Assembly (NCBI GenBank): GCA_964016885.1
Contig: OZ024745.1
Coordinates: 21,390,001-21,454,000, forward strand
Reading direction: 5' to 3'
DNA length: 64,000 bases
From: Eledone cirrhosa
Lineage: Eukaryota
Part shown: positions 1 to 15,000 of the stretch, piece by piece
Position numbering within the stretch: the first letter of the stretch is position 1
Layout: every line of letters begins with the position of its first letter
Position numbers and translations under genes: made by a program
The notes under the pieces: model-generated
Told to the model about the DNA's origin: nothing
Database searches by the model: none
What the model saw: only the letters and a program-made list of their open reading frames with translations

Positions 1-3000
1 TGACAAGACAGTACTTGAAGGAAAGGTCTGTTCTGAGGGTATTGACAAGACAGTATTTGACCATAGGTCTCTTGTAAGGGTATTGACAAGACAGTAATTG
101 ACCAAAGGTCTGTTGTGAGGGTATTGACAAGACAGTATTTGACCACAGGTCTGTTGTGAGCCTATTGACAAGACAGTACTTGACCATAGGTCTGTTGTGA
201 GGGTATTGACAAGACAGTATTTGACCAAAGGTCTGTTGTGAGGGTATTGACAAAACAGTATCTGACAACAGGTCTGTTGTGAGGGTATTGACAAGACAGT
301 ATTTGACCAAAGGTCTGTTGTGAGGGTATTGACAAGATAGTATTTGACCATAGGTCTGCTGTGAGGGCATTGACAAGATAGTATTTGACCACAGGTCTGT
401 TGTGAGGGTATTGGCAAGACAGTATTTGACCATAGGTCTGTTGTGAGGGTATTGACAAGACAGTATTTGACCATAGATCTGTTGTGACGGTATTGACAAG
501 ACAGTATTTGACCGTAGGTCTGTTGTGAGCGTATTGACAAGATAGTATTTGACAATAGGTCTGTTGTGAGGGTATTGACACGATAGTATTTGACTAAAGT
601 TCTGTTGTGAGGGTATTGACAAGACGGTACTTGATCATAGGTCTGTTGTGAGGGAATTGACAAGACAGTACTTGATCATAGGTCTGTTGTGAGGGTATTG
701 ACAAGACAGTACTTGACTATAGGTCTTTTGTGAGGGTATTGACAATATAGTATTTGAACAAAGGTCTGTTGTGAGGGTATTGAAAAGACAGTATTTCACC
801 ATAGGTCTGTTGTGAGGATATTGACAAGACAGTATTTGACTAAAGGTCTGTTGTGAGGGTATTGACAAGAGAGTATTTGACAAGAGGTCTGTTGTGAGGG
901 TATTGACAAGACAGTATTTGACCAAAGATCTGTTGTGAGCGTATTGACAAGACAGTACTTGACCACAGGTCTGTTGTGAGGGTATTGACAAGACAGTATT
1001 TGACCAAAGGTCTGTTGTGAGGGTATTGACAAGACAGTACTTGACCATACGTCTGTTGTGAGGTTATAGATAAGACAGTATTTGACCAAAGGTCTGTTGT
1101 GAGGGTATTGACAAGACAGTACTTGACCATGGGTCTGTTGTGAGTGTATTGACAAGATAGTATTTGATAATAGGTCTGTTGTGAGGGTATTGACAAGACA
1201 GTATTTGACCAAAGGTCCGTTCTGAGGGTATTGGCAAGACAGTATTTGGCCATTGATCTGTTGTGAGGGTATTGACAAGATAGTATTTGACCATAGGTCA
1301 GTTGTGAGGGTATTGACAAGACAGTATTTGACCAAAGGTCTGTTGTGAGGGTATTGACAAGACAGTATTTGACCAAAGGTCTGTTGTGAGGGTATTGACA
1401 AGACAGTATTTGATCATAGGTCTGTTGTGAGGGTATTGACAAGATAGTATTTGACCATAGGTCAGTTGTGAGGGTATTGACAAGACAGTATTTGACCATA
1501 GGTCTGTTGTGAGGGTATTGACAAGACAGTATTTGACCAAAGGTCTGTTGTGAGGGTATTGACAAGACAGTATTTGACCAAAGGTCTGTTGTGAGGGTAT
1601 TGACAAGACAGTATTTGATCATAGGTCTGTTGTGAGGGTATTGACAAGACAGTATTTGATCATAGGTCTGTTGTGGGGGTATTGACGAGACAGTATTTGA
1701 CCAAAGCTCTGTTGTGAGGGTATTGACAAGACAATATTTGACCAAAGGTCTGTTGTGAGGGTATTGACAAGACAGTATTTGACCAAAGTCTGTTGTGAGG
1801 GTATTGACAAGAGAGTATTTGATCATAGGTCTGTTGTGAGAGTATTGACAAACAGTATTTGACCAAAGGTCTGTTGTGAGGGTATTGAGAAGACAGTATT
1901 TGACCAAAGGTCTGTTGTGTGGGTATTGACAAGACAGTACTTGACCATAGGTCTGTTGTGAGGGTATTGACAAGACAGTATTTGACCATAGGTCTGTTGT
2001 GAGGGTATTGACAAGATAGTATTTGACCATAGGTCTTTTGTGAGGGTATTGACAAGATAGTATTTGACCATAGGTCTGTTGTTAGGGTATTGACAAGACA
2101 GTATTTGACCAAAGATCTGTTGTGAGCGTATTGACAAGACAGTACTTGACCACAGGTCTGTTGTGAGGGTATTGACAAGACAGTATTTGACCAAAGGTCT
2201 GTTGTGAGGGTATTGACAAGACAGTACTTGACCATAAGTCTGTTGTGAGGTTATAGATAAGACAGTATTTGACCAAAGGTCTGTTGTGAGGGTATTGACA
2301 AGACAGTACTTGACCATGGGTCTGTTGTGAGTGTATTGACAAGATAGTATTTGATAATAGGTCTGTTGTGAGGGTATTGACAAGACAGTATTTGACCAAA
2401 GGTCCGTTCTGAGGGTATTGGCAAGACAGTATTTGGCCATTGATCTGTTGTGAGGGTATTGACAAGATAGTATTTGACCATAGTTCAGTTGTGAGGGTAT
2501 TGACAAGACAGTATTTGACCATAGGTCTGTTGTGACGGTATTGACAAGACAGTATTTGACCAAAGGTCTGTTGTGAGGGTATTGACAAGACAGTATTTGA
2601 CCAAAGGTCTGTTGTGAGGGTATTGACAAGAGAGTATTTGATCATAGGTCTGTTGTGAGGGTATTGACAAGACAGTATTTGATCATAGGTCTGTTGTGAG
2701 GGTATTGACGAGACAGTATTTGACCAAAGCTCTGTTGTGAGGGTATTGACAAGACAGTATTTGACCAAAGGTCTGTTGTGAGGGTATTGACAAGACAGTA
2801 TTTGACCAAAGGTCTGTTGTGAGGGTATTGACAAGACAGTATTTGATCATAGGTCTGTTGCGTGGGTATTGACAAGATATTATTTGACCATAGGTCTGTT
2901 GTGAGGGTATTGACAAGACAGTATTTGACCATAGGTCTGTTGTGAGGTTATTGACAAGATAGTATTTGACCATAGGTCTGTTGTGAGGGTATTGAAAAGA

Positions 3001-6000
3001 TAGTATTTAACCATAGGTCTGTTGTGAGGGTATTGACAAGACAGTATTTGACCATAGGTCTGTTGTGAGGGTATTGACAAGACAGTATTTGACCATAGGT
3101 CTGTTGTGAGGATATTGACAAGACAGTATTTGATCATAGGTCTGTTGTGAGGGTGTTGACAAGACAGTATTTGACCATAGGTCTGTTGTTAGGGTATTGA
3201 CAAGACAGTATTTGACCGTAGGTCTGTTGTGAGGGTATTGACAAGACAGTATTTGACCAAAGGTCAGTTGTGGGGGTATTGACAAGAGAGTATTTGATCA
3301 TAGGTCTGTTGTGAGGGTATTGACAAGACAGTATTTGAGGTCTGTTGTGAGGGTATTGACAAGACAGTATTTGACCAAAAGTCTGTTGTGAGGGTATTCA
3401 CAAGACAGTATTTGACCAGACGTCTGTTGTGAGGGTATTGACAATACAGTATTTGACCATAGGTCTGTTGTGAGGGTATTGACAAGACAGTATTTGACCA
3501 TAGGTCTGTTGTGAGGATATTGACAAGACAGTATTTGATTATAGGTCTGTTGTGAGGGTATTGACAAGATAGTATTTGACCATAGGTCTGTTGTGAGGGT
3601 ATTGACAAGACAGTATTTGAAGGAAAGGTCTGTTCTGAGGGTATTGACAAGACAGTATTTGACCATAGGTCTTTTGTAAGGGTATTGACAAGACAGTATT
3701 TGACCAAAGGTCTGTTGTGAGGGTATTGACAAGACAGTATTTGACCACAGGTCTGTTGTGAGCCTATTGACAAGACAGTACTTGACCATAGGTCTGTTGT
3801 GAGGGTATTGACAAGACAGTATTTGACTAAAGGTCTGTTGTGAGGGTATTGACAAAACAGTATTTGACAACAGGTCTATTGTGAGGGTATTGACAAGACA
3901 GTATTTGACCAACGGTCTGTTGTGAGGGTATTGACAAGATAGTATTTGACCATAGGTCTGCTGTGAGGGCATTGACAAGATAGTATTTGACCATAGGTCT
4001 GTTGTGAGGGTATTGGCAAGACAGTATTTGACCATAGGTCTGTTGTGAGGGTATTGACAAGACAGTATTTGACCATAGATCTGTTGTGACGGTATTGACA
4101 AGACAGTATTTGACCGTAGGTCTGTTGTGAGCGTATTGACAAGATAGTATTTGACAATAGGTCTGTTGTGAGGGTATTTAAAGATAGTATTTGACTAAAG
4201 TTCTGTTGTGAGGGTATTGACAAGACGGTACTTGATCATAGGTCTGTTGTGAGGGAATTGACAAGACAGTACTTGATCATAGGTCTGTTGTGAGGGTATT
4301 GACAAGACAGTACTTGACTATAGGTCTTTTGTGAGGGTATTGACAATATAGTATTTGAACAAAGGTCTGTTGTGAGGGTATTGAAAAGACAGTATTTCAC
4401 CATAGGTCTGTTGTGAGGATATTGACAAGACAGTATTTGACTAAAGGTCTGTTGTGAGGGTATTGACAAGAGAGTATTTGACAAGAGGTCTGTTGTGAGG
4501 GTATTGACAAGACAGTATTTGACCAAAGATCTGTTGTGAGCGTATTGACAAGACAGTACTTGACCACAGGTCTGTTGTGAGGGTATTGACAAGACAGTAT
4601 TTGACCAAAGGTCTGTTGTGAGGGTATTGACAAGACAGTACTTGACCATACGTCTGTTGTGAGGTTATAGATAAGACAGTATTTGACCAAAGGTCTGTTG
4701 TGAGGTATTGACAAGACAGTACTTGACCATGGGTCTGTTGTGAGTGTATTGACAAGATAGTATTTGATAATAGGTCTGTTGTGAGGGTATTGACAAGACA
4801 GTATTTGACCAAAGGTCCGTTCTGAGGGTATTGGCAAGACAGTATTTGGCCATTGATCTGTTGTGAGGGTATTGACAAGATAGTATTTGACCATAGGTCA
4901 GTTGTGAGGGTATTGACAAGACAGTATTTGACCATAGGTCTGTTGTGACGGTATTGACAAGACAGTATTTGACCAAAGGTCTGTTGTGAGGGTATTGACA
5001 AGACAGTATTTGACCAAAGGTCTGTTGTGAGGGTATTGACAAGAGAGTATTTGATCATAGGTCTGTTGTGAGGGTATTGACAAGACAGTATTTGATCATA
5101 GGTCTGTTGTGAGGGTATTGACGAGACAGCATTTGACCAAAGCTCTGTTGTGAGGGTATTGACAAGACAGTATTTGACCAAAGGTCTGTTGTGAGGGTAT
5201 TGACAAGACAGTATTTGACCAAAGGTCTGTTGTGAGGGTATTGACAAGACAGTATTTGATCATAGGTCTGTTGTGAGGGTATTGACGAGACAGTATTTGA
5301 CCAAAGGTCTGTTGTGAGGGTATTGATAAGACAGTATTTGACCAAAGGTCTGTTGTGAGGGTATTGACAAGACAGTATTTGACCAAAGGTCTGTTGTGAG
5401 GGTATTGACAAGACAGTATTTGATCATAGGTCTGTTGTGAGGGTATTGACAAGACAGTACTTGACCATACGTCTGTTGTGAGGTTATAGATAAGACAGTA
5501 TTTGACCAAAGGTCTGTTGTGAGGTATTGACAAGACAGTACTTGACCATGGGTCTGTTGTGAGTGTATTGACAAGATAGTATTTGATAATAGGTCTGTTG
5601 TGAGGGTATTGACAAGACAGTATTTGACCAAAGGTCCGTTCTGAGGGTATTGGCAAGACAGTATTTGATCATAGGTCTGTTGTGAGGGTATTGACAAGAT
5701 AGTATTTGACCATAGGTCTGTTGTGAGGGTATTGACAAGACAGTACTTGACCATAGGTCTGTTGTGAGTGTGTTGACAAGATAGTATTTGATAATAGGTC
5801 TGTTGTGAGGGTATTGACAAGACAGTATTTGACCAAAGGTCCGTTCTGAGGGTATTGGCAAGACAGTATTTGATCATAGGTCTGTTGTGAGGGTATTGAC
5901 AAGACAGTATTTGACCAAAGGTCCGTTGTGAGGGTATTGGCAAGACAGTATTTGGCCATTGATCTGTTGTGAGGGTATTGACAAGATAGTATTTGACCAT

Positions 6001-9000
6001 AGGTCAGTTGTGAGGGTATTGACAAGACAGTATTTGACCATAGGTCTGTTGTGACGGTATTGACAAGACAGTATTTGACCAAAGGTCTGTTGTGAGGGTA
6101 TTGACAAGACAGTATTTGACCAAAGGTCTGTTGTGAGGGTATTGACAAGACAGTATTTGATCATAGGTCTGTTGTGACGGTATTGACAAGACAGTATTTG
6201 ATCATAGGTCTGTTGTGAGGGTATTGACGAGACAGTATTTGACCAAAGCTCTGTTGTGAGGGTATTGACAAGACAGTATTTGACCAAAGGTCTGTTGTGA
6301 GGGTATTGACAAGACAGTATTTGACCAAAGGTCTGTTGTGAGGGTATTGACAAGAGAGTATTTGATCATAGGTCTGTTGTGAGGGTATTGACAAACAGTA
6401 TTTGACCAAAGGTCTGTTGTGAGGGTATTGACAAGACAGTATTTGACCAAAGGTCTGTTGTGAGGGTATTGACAAGACAGTACTTGACCATAGGTCTGTT
6501 GTGAGGGTATTGACAAGACAGTATTTGACCATAGGTCTGTTGTGAGGGTATTGACAAGATAGTATTTGACCATAGGTCTTTTGTGAGGGTATTGACAAGA
6601 TAGTATTTGACCATAGGTCTGTTGTTAGGGTATTGACAAGACAGTATTTGGCCATAGATCTGTTGTGAGGGTATTGACAAGACAGTATTTGACCATAGGT
6701 CGGTTGTGAGGGTATTGACAAGACAGTATTTGACCATAGATCGGTTGTGAGGGTAGTGACAAGACAGTATTTGACCAAAGGTCCATTCTGAGGGTATTGG
6801 CAAGACAGTATTTGACCATGGGTCTGTTGTGAGGGTATTGGCAAGACAGTATTTGACCATGGTTCTGTTGTGAGGGTATTGACAAGACAGTATTTGACCA
6901 TAGGTCGACTGTGAGGGTAGTGACAAGACAGTATTTGACCAAAGGTCCATGCTGAGGGTATTGGCAAGACAGTATTTGACCATGGGTCTGTTGTGAGTGT
7001 ATTGGCAAGACAGTATTTGACCATGGTTCTGTTGTGAGGGTATTGACAAGACAGTATTTGACCATAGGTCGATTGTGAGGGTAGTGACAAGACAGTATTT
7101 GACCAAAGTTCCATTCTGAGGGTATTGGCAAGACAGTATTTCACCATGGGTCTGTTCTGAGGGTATTGGCAAGACAGTATTCGACCATGGGTCTGTTGTG
7201 AGGGTATTGGCAAGACAGTATTTGACCATAGGTCTGTTGTGAGGGTATTGACAAGACAGTATTTGACCATAGGTCGGTCGTGAGGGTAGTGACAAGACAT
7301 TATTTGACCAAAGGTCCATTCTGAGGGTATTGGCAAGACAGTATTTGACCATGGGTCTGTTGTGAGGGTATTGGCGAGATAGTACTTGACCATAGGTCTG
7401 TTGTGAGGGTATTGGCGAGATAGTATTTGACCATAGGTCTGTTGTGAGGGTATTGACAAGACGGTATTTGACCATAGGTCTGTTGTGAAGGTATTGACAA
7501 GATAGTATTTAACCATAGGTCTGTTGTGAGGGTATTGACAAGATATTATTTGACCATAGGTCTGTTGTGAGGGTATTGACAAGACAGTATTTGACCATAG
7601 GTCTGTTGTGAGGTTATTGACAAGATAGTATTTGACCATAGGTCTGTTGTGAGGGTATTGACAAGATAGTATTTAACCATAGGTCTGTTGTGAGGGTATT
7701 GACAAGACAGTATTTGACCATAGGTCTGTTGTGAGGGTATTGACAAGACAGTATTTGACCATAGGTCTGTTGTGAAGGTATTGACAAGATAGTATTTGAT
7801 CATAGGTCTGTTGTGAGGGTATTGACAAGACAGTATTTGACCATAGGTCTGTTGTTAGGGTATTGACAAGACGGTATTTGACCATAGGTCTGTTGTGAAG
7901 GTATTGACAAGATAGTATTTAACCATAGGTCTGTTGTGAGGGTATTGACAAGATATTATTTGACCATAGGTCTGTTGTGAGGGTATTGACAAGACAGTAT
8001 TTGACCATAGGTCTGTTGTGAGGTTATTGACAAGATATTATTTGACCATAGGTCTGTTGTGAGGGTATTGACAAGATAGTATTTAACCATAGGTCTGTTG
8101 TGAGGGTATTGACAAGACAGTATTTGACCATAGGTCTGTTGTGAGGGTATTGACAAGACAGTATTTGATCATAGGTCTGTTGTTAGGGTATTGACAAGAC
8201 AGTATTTGACCATAGGTCTGTTGTTAGGGTATTGACAAGACAGTATTTGACAGTAGGTCTGTTGTGAGGGTATTGACAAGATAGTATTTGACCAGACGTC
8301 TGTTGTGAGGGTATTGACAAGACAGTATTTGACCATAGGTCTGTTGTGAGGATATTGACAAGACAGTATTTGATTATAGGTCTGTTGTGAGGGTATTGAC
8401 AAGACAGTATTTGACCATAGGTCTGTTGTGAGGGTATTGACAAGACAGTATTTGACCATAGGTCTGTTGTGAGGATATTGACAAGACAGTATTTGATCAT
8501 AGGTCTGTTGTGAGGGTATTGACAAGACAGTATTTGACCATAGGTCTGTTGTTAGGGTATTGACAAGACAGTATTTGACAGTAGGTCTGTTGTGAGGGTA
8601 TTGACAAGATAGTATTTGACCAGACGTCTGTTGTGAGGGTATTGACAAGACAGTATTTGACCATAGGTCTGTTGTGAGGATATTGACAAGACAGTATTTG
8701 ATTATAGGTCTGTTGTGAGGGTATTGACAAGACAGTATTTGACCATAGGTCTGTTGTGAGGGTATTGACAAGACAGTATTTGACCATAGGTCTGTTGTGA
8801 GGATATTGACAAGACAGTATTTGACCATAGGTCTGTTGTGAGGGTATTGACAAGACAGTATTTGACCAAAGTTCTGTTGTGAGGGTATTGAAAAGACATT
8901 ACTTGATCATAGATCTGTTGTGAGGGTATTGACAAGACAGTACTTGACCATAGGTCTGCTGTGAGGGTATTGACAAGACAGTATTTGACCATAGGTCTGT

Positions 9001-12000
9001 TGTGAGGGTATTGACAAGACAGTATTTGACCAAAAGTCTGTTGTGAGGGTATTGACAAGACAGTATTTGACCAGACGTCTGTTGTGAGGGTATTGACAAG
9101 ACAGTATTTGACCATAGGTCTGTTGTGAGGATATTGACAAGACAGTATTTGCTTATAGGTCTGTTGTGAGGGTATTGACAAGACAGTATTTGACCATAGG
9201 TCTGTTGTGAGGGTATTGACAAGACAGTATTTGACCATAGGTCTGTTGTGAGGATATTGACAAGACAGTATTTGACCAAAGGTCTGTTGTGAGGGTATTG
9301 ACAAGACCGTATTTGACCATAGGTCTGTTGTGAGGGTATTGAAAAGACATTACTTGATCATAGGTCTGTTGTGAGGGTATTGACAAGACAGTACTTGACC
9401 ATAGGTCTGCTGTGAGGGTATTGACAAGACAGTATTTGACCATAGGTCTGTTGTAAGGGTATTGACAAGACAGTATTTGACTAAAGGTCTGTTGTGAGGG
9501 TATTGACAAAACAGTATTTGACAACAGGTCTGTTGTGAGGGTATTGACAAGACAGTATTTGACCAAAGGTCTGTTGTGAGGGTATTCACAAGAAAGTATT
9601 TGACCATAGGTCTGTTGTGAGGGTATTGACAAGATAGTATTTGACCATAGGTCTGTTGTGAGGGTATTGGCAAGACAGTATTTGACCATAGGTCTGTTGT
9701 GAGGGTATTGACAAGACAGTATTTGACCATAGATCTGTCGTGACGGTATTGACAAGACAGTATTTGACCGTAGGTCTGTTGTGAGCGTATTGACAAGATA
9801 GTATTTGACAATAGGTCTGTTGTGAGGGTATTGAAAAGATAGTATTTGACTAAAGTTCTGTTGTGAGGGTATTGACAAGACGGTACTTGATCATAGGTCT
9901 GTTGTGAGGGTATTGACAAGACAGTACTTGATCATAGGTCTGTTGTGAGGGTATTGACAAGACAGTACTTGAACATATGTCTTTTGTGAGGGTATTGACA
10001 ATACAGTATTTGACCAAAGGTCTGTTGTGAGGGTATTGAAAAGACAGTATTTCACCATAGGTCTGTTGTGAGGATATTGAAAAGACAGTATTTGACTAAA
10101 GGTCTGTTGTGAGGGTATTGACAAGAGAGTATTTGACCAAAGGTCTGTTGTGAGGGTATTGACAAGACAGTATTTGACCAAAGATCTGTTGTGAGCGTAT
10201 TGACAAGACAGTACTTGACCATAGGTCTGTTGTGAGGGTATTGACAAGACAGTATTTGACCAAAGGTCTGTTGTGAGGGTATTGACAAGACAGTACTTGA
10301 CCATAGGTCTGTTGTGAGGTTATAGATAAGACAGTATTTGACCAAAGGTCTGTTGTGAGGGTATTGACAAGACAGTACTTGACCATAGGTCTGTTGTGAG
10401 TGTATTGACAAGATAGTATTTGATAATAGGTCTGTTGTGAGGGTATTGACAAGACAGTATTTGACCAAAGGTCTGTTCTGAGGGTATTGGCGAGACAGTA
10501 TTTGGCCATTGATCTGTTGTGAGGGTATTGACAAGATAGTATTTGACCATAGGTCAGTTGTAAGGGTATTGACAAGACAGTATTTGACCATAGGTCTGTT
10601 GTGACGGTATTGACAAGACAGTATTTGACCAAAGGTCTGTTGTGAGGGTATTGACAAGACAGTATTTGACCAAAGGTCTGTTGTGAGGGTATTGACAAGA
10701 CAGTATTTGATCATAGGTCTGTTGTGAGGGTATTGACAAGACAGTATTTGATCATAGGTCTGTTGTGAGGGTATTGACGAGACAGTATTTGACCAAAACT
10801 CTGTTGTGAGGGTATTGACAAGACAGTATTTGGCCAAAGGTCTGTTGTGAGGGTATTGACAAGACAGTATTTGACCAAAGGTCTGTTGTGAGGGTATTGA
10901 CAAGACAGTATTTGATCATAGGTCTGTTGTGAGGGTATTGACAAGACAGTATTTGACCAAAGGTCTGTTGTGAGGTATTGACAAGACAGTATTTGACCAA
11001 AGGTCTGTTGTGAGGGTATTGACAAGACAGTATTTGATCATAGGTCTGTTGTGAGGGTATTGACAAGACAGTATTTGACCATAGGTCTGTTGTTAGGGTA
11101 TTGACAAGACAGTATTTGACCGTAGATCTGTTGTGAGGGTATTGACAAGATAGTATTTGACTAATGGTCTGTTGTGAGGGTATTGACAAGACAGTATTTG
11201 ACCATAGGTCTGTTGTGAGGGTATTGACAAGACAGTATTTGACCAAAAGTCTGTTGTGAGGGTATTGACAAGACAGTATTTGACCAGACGTCTGTTGTGA
11301 GGGTATTGACAATACAGTATTTGACCATAGGTCTGTTGTGAGGGTATTGACAAGACAGCATTTGACCATAGGTCTGTTGTGAGGATATTGACAAGACAGT
11401 ATTTGATTATAGGTCTGTTGTGAGGGTATTGACAAGATAGTATTTGACCATAGGTCTGTTGTGAGGGTATTGACAAGACAGTATTTGACCAAAGTTCTGT
11501 TGTGAGGGTATTGAAAAGACATTACTATTACTTGATGATAGGTCTGTTGTGAGGGTATTGACAAGACAGTACTTGACCATAGGTCTGCTGTGAGGGTATT
11601 GACAAGACAGTATTTGACGAAAGGTCTGTTGTGAGGGTATTGACAAGACAGTATTTGACCATAGGTCTGTTGTAAGGCTATTAACAAGACAGTATTTGAC
11701 CAAAGGTCTGTTGTGAGGGTATTGACAAGATAGTATTTGACCATAGGTCTGTTGTGAGGGTATTGACAAGATAGTATTTGACCATAGGTCTGTTGTGAGG
11801 CTATTGGCAAGACAGTATTTGAGCGTAGGTCTGTTGTGAGGGTATTGACAAGACCGTATTTGACCATAGATCTGTTGTGACGGTATTGACAAGACAGTAT
11901 TTGACCGTAGGTCTGTTGTGAGCGTATTGACAAGATAGTATTTGACAATAGGTCTGTTGTGAGGGTATTGACAAGATAGTATTTGACTAAAGTTCTGTTG

Positions 12001-15000
12001 TGAGGGTATTGACAAGACGGTACTTGATCATAGGTGTGTTGTGAGGGTATTGACAAGACAGTACTTGATCATAGGTCTGTTGTGAGGGTATTGAGAAGAC
12101 AGTACTTGCCTATAGGTCTTTTGTGAGGGTATTGACAATATAGTATTTGAACAAAGGTCTGTTGTGAGGGTATTGAAAAGACAGTATTTCACCATAGGTC
12201 TGTTGTGGGGATATTGACAAGACAGTATTTGACTAGAGGTCTGTTGTGAGGGTATTGACAAGAGAGTATTTGACCAAAGGTCTGTTGTGAGGGTATTGAC
12301 AAGACAGTATTTGACCAAAGATCTGTTGTGAGCGTACTGACAAGACAGTACTTGACCATAGGTCTGTTGTGAGGGTATTGACAAGACAGTATTTGACCAA
12401 ATGTCTGTTGTGAGGGTATTGACAAGACAGTACTTGAACATACGTCTGTTGTGAGGTTATAGATAAGACAGTATTTGACCAAAGGTCTGTTGTGAGGGTA
12501 TTGACAAGACAGTACTTGACCATAGGTCTGTTGTGAGTGTATTCACAAGATAGTATTTGATAATAGGTCTGTTGTGAGGGTATTGACAAGACAGTATTTG
12601 ACCAAAGGTCTGTTGTGAGGGTATTGACATGACAGTATTTGATCATAGGTCTGTTGTGAGGGTATTGACAAGACAGTATTTGACCAAAGGTCTGTTGTGA
12701 GGGTATTGACAAGACAGTATTTGACCAAAGGTCTGTTGTGAGGGTATTGACAAGACAGTATTTGACCAAAGGTCAGTTGTGAGGGTATTGACAAGACAGT
12801 ATTTGATCATAGGTCTGTTGTGAGGGTATTGACAAGACAGTATTTGACTAAAGGTCCGTTCTGAGGGTATTGGCAAGACAGTATTTGGCCATTGATCTGT
12901 TGTGAGGGTATTGACAAGATAGTATTTGACCATAGGTCTGTTGTGAGGGTATTGACAAGACAGTATTTGACCATAGGTCTGTTGTGACGGTATTGACAAG
13001 ACAGTATTTGACCAAAGGTCAGTTGTGAGGGTATTGACAAGACAGTATTTGACCATAGGTCTGTTGTGAGGGTATTGACAAGACAGTATTTGACCATAGG
13101 TCTGTTGTGAGGGTATTGACAAGACAGTATTTGACCATAGATCTGTTGTGAGAGTATTGACAAGATAGTATTTGACCATAGGTCTGTTGTGAGGGTATTG
13201 ACAAGACAGTATTTGACCAAAGGTCTGTTGTGAGGGTATTGATAAGACAGTATTTGACCAAAGGTCTGTAGTGAGGGTATTGACAAGACAGTATTTGATC
13301 ATAGGTCTGTTGTGAGGGTATTGACAAGACAGTATTTGATCATAGGTCTGTTGTGAGGGTATTGACAAGACAGTATTTGACCAAAGCTCTGTTGTGAGGG
13401 TATTGACAAGACAGTATTTGACCAAAGGTCTGTTGTGAGGGTATTGGCAAGACAGTATTTGACCAAAGGTCTGTTGTGAGGGTATTGACAAGACAGTATT
13501 TGATCATAGGTCTGTTGTGAGGGTATTGACAAGACAGTATTTGACCAAAGGTCTGTTGTGAGGGTATTGACAAGACAGTATTTGACCAAAGGTCTGTTGT
13601 GAGGGTATTGACTAGACAGTATTTGATCATAGGTCTGTTGTGAGGGTATTGACAAGACAGTATTTGATCATAGGTCTGTTGGGAGGGTATTGACAAGACA
13701 GTATTTGACCATAGGTCCGTTGTTAGAGTATTGACAAGACAGTATTTGACCATAGGTCTGTTGTGAGGGTATTGGCAAGACAGTATTTGACCATAGATCT
13801 ATTGTGAGGGTATTGACAAGATAGTATTTGAGCATAGGTCCGTTGAGAGGGTATTGATAAGACAGTATTTGACCATAGGTCTGTTGTGAGGGTATTGACA
13901 AGACAGTATTTGACCATAGATCTGACTTGAGGGTATTGGAAAGACAGTATTTGACCATAGGTCTGTTGTGAGGGTATTGACAAGACAGTTTTGACCATAG
14001 GTCTGTTGTGAGGTTATTGACAACATAGTATTTGACCATAGTTCTGTTGTGAGGGTATTGACAAGATAGTATTTGACAATAGTTCTGTTGTGAGGGTATT
14101 GACAAGACAGTATTTGACCAAAGGTCTGTTGTGAGGGTATTGACAAGACAGTATTTGATCATAGGTCTGTTGTGAGGGTATTGACAAGACAGTATTTGAC
14201 CATAGGTCTGTTGTTAGGGTATTGACAAGACAGTATTTGACCGTAGATCTGTTGTGAGGGTATTGACAAGATAGTATTTGACTAATGGTCTGTTGTGAGG
14301 GTATTGACAAGACAGTATTTGACCATAGGTCTGTTGTGAGGGTATTGACAAGACAGTATTTGACCAAAAGTCTGTTGTGAGGGTATTGACAAGACAGTAT
14401 TTGCCCAGACGTCTGTCGTGAGGGTATTGACAATACAGTATTTGACCATAGGTCTGTTGTGAGGGTATTGACAAGACAGCATTTGACCATAGGTCTGTTG
14501 TGAGGATATTGACAAGACAGTATTTGATTATAGGTCTGTTGTGAGGGTATTGACAAGATAGTATTTGACCATAGGTCTGTTGTGAGGGTATTGACAAGAC
14601 AGTATATGACCAAAGTTCTGTTGTGAGGGTATTGAAAAGACATTACTATTACTTGATGATAGGTCTGTTGTGAGGGTATTGACAAGACAGTACTTGACCA
14701 TAGGTCTGCTGTGAGGGTATTGACAAGACAGTATTTGACGAAAGGTCTGTTGTGAGGGTATTGACAAGACAGTATTTGACCATAGGTCTGTTGTAAGGCT
14801 ATTGACAAGACAGTATTTGACCAAAGGTCTGTTGTGAGGGTATTGACAAGATAGTATTTGACCATAGGTCTGTTGTGAGGGTATTGACAAGATAGTATTT
14901 GACCATAGGTCTGTTGTGAGGGTATTGGCAAGACAGTATTTGAGCGTAGGTCTGTTGTGAGGGTATTGACAAGACCGTATTTGACCATAGATCTGTTGTG

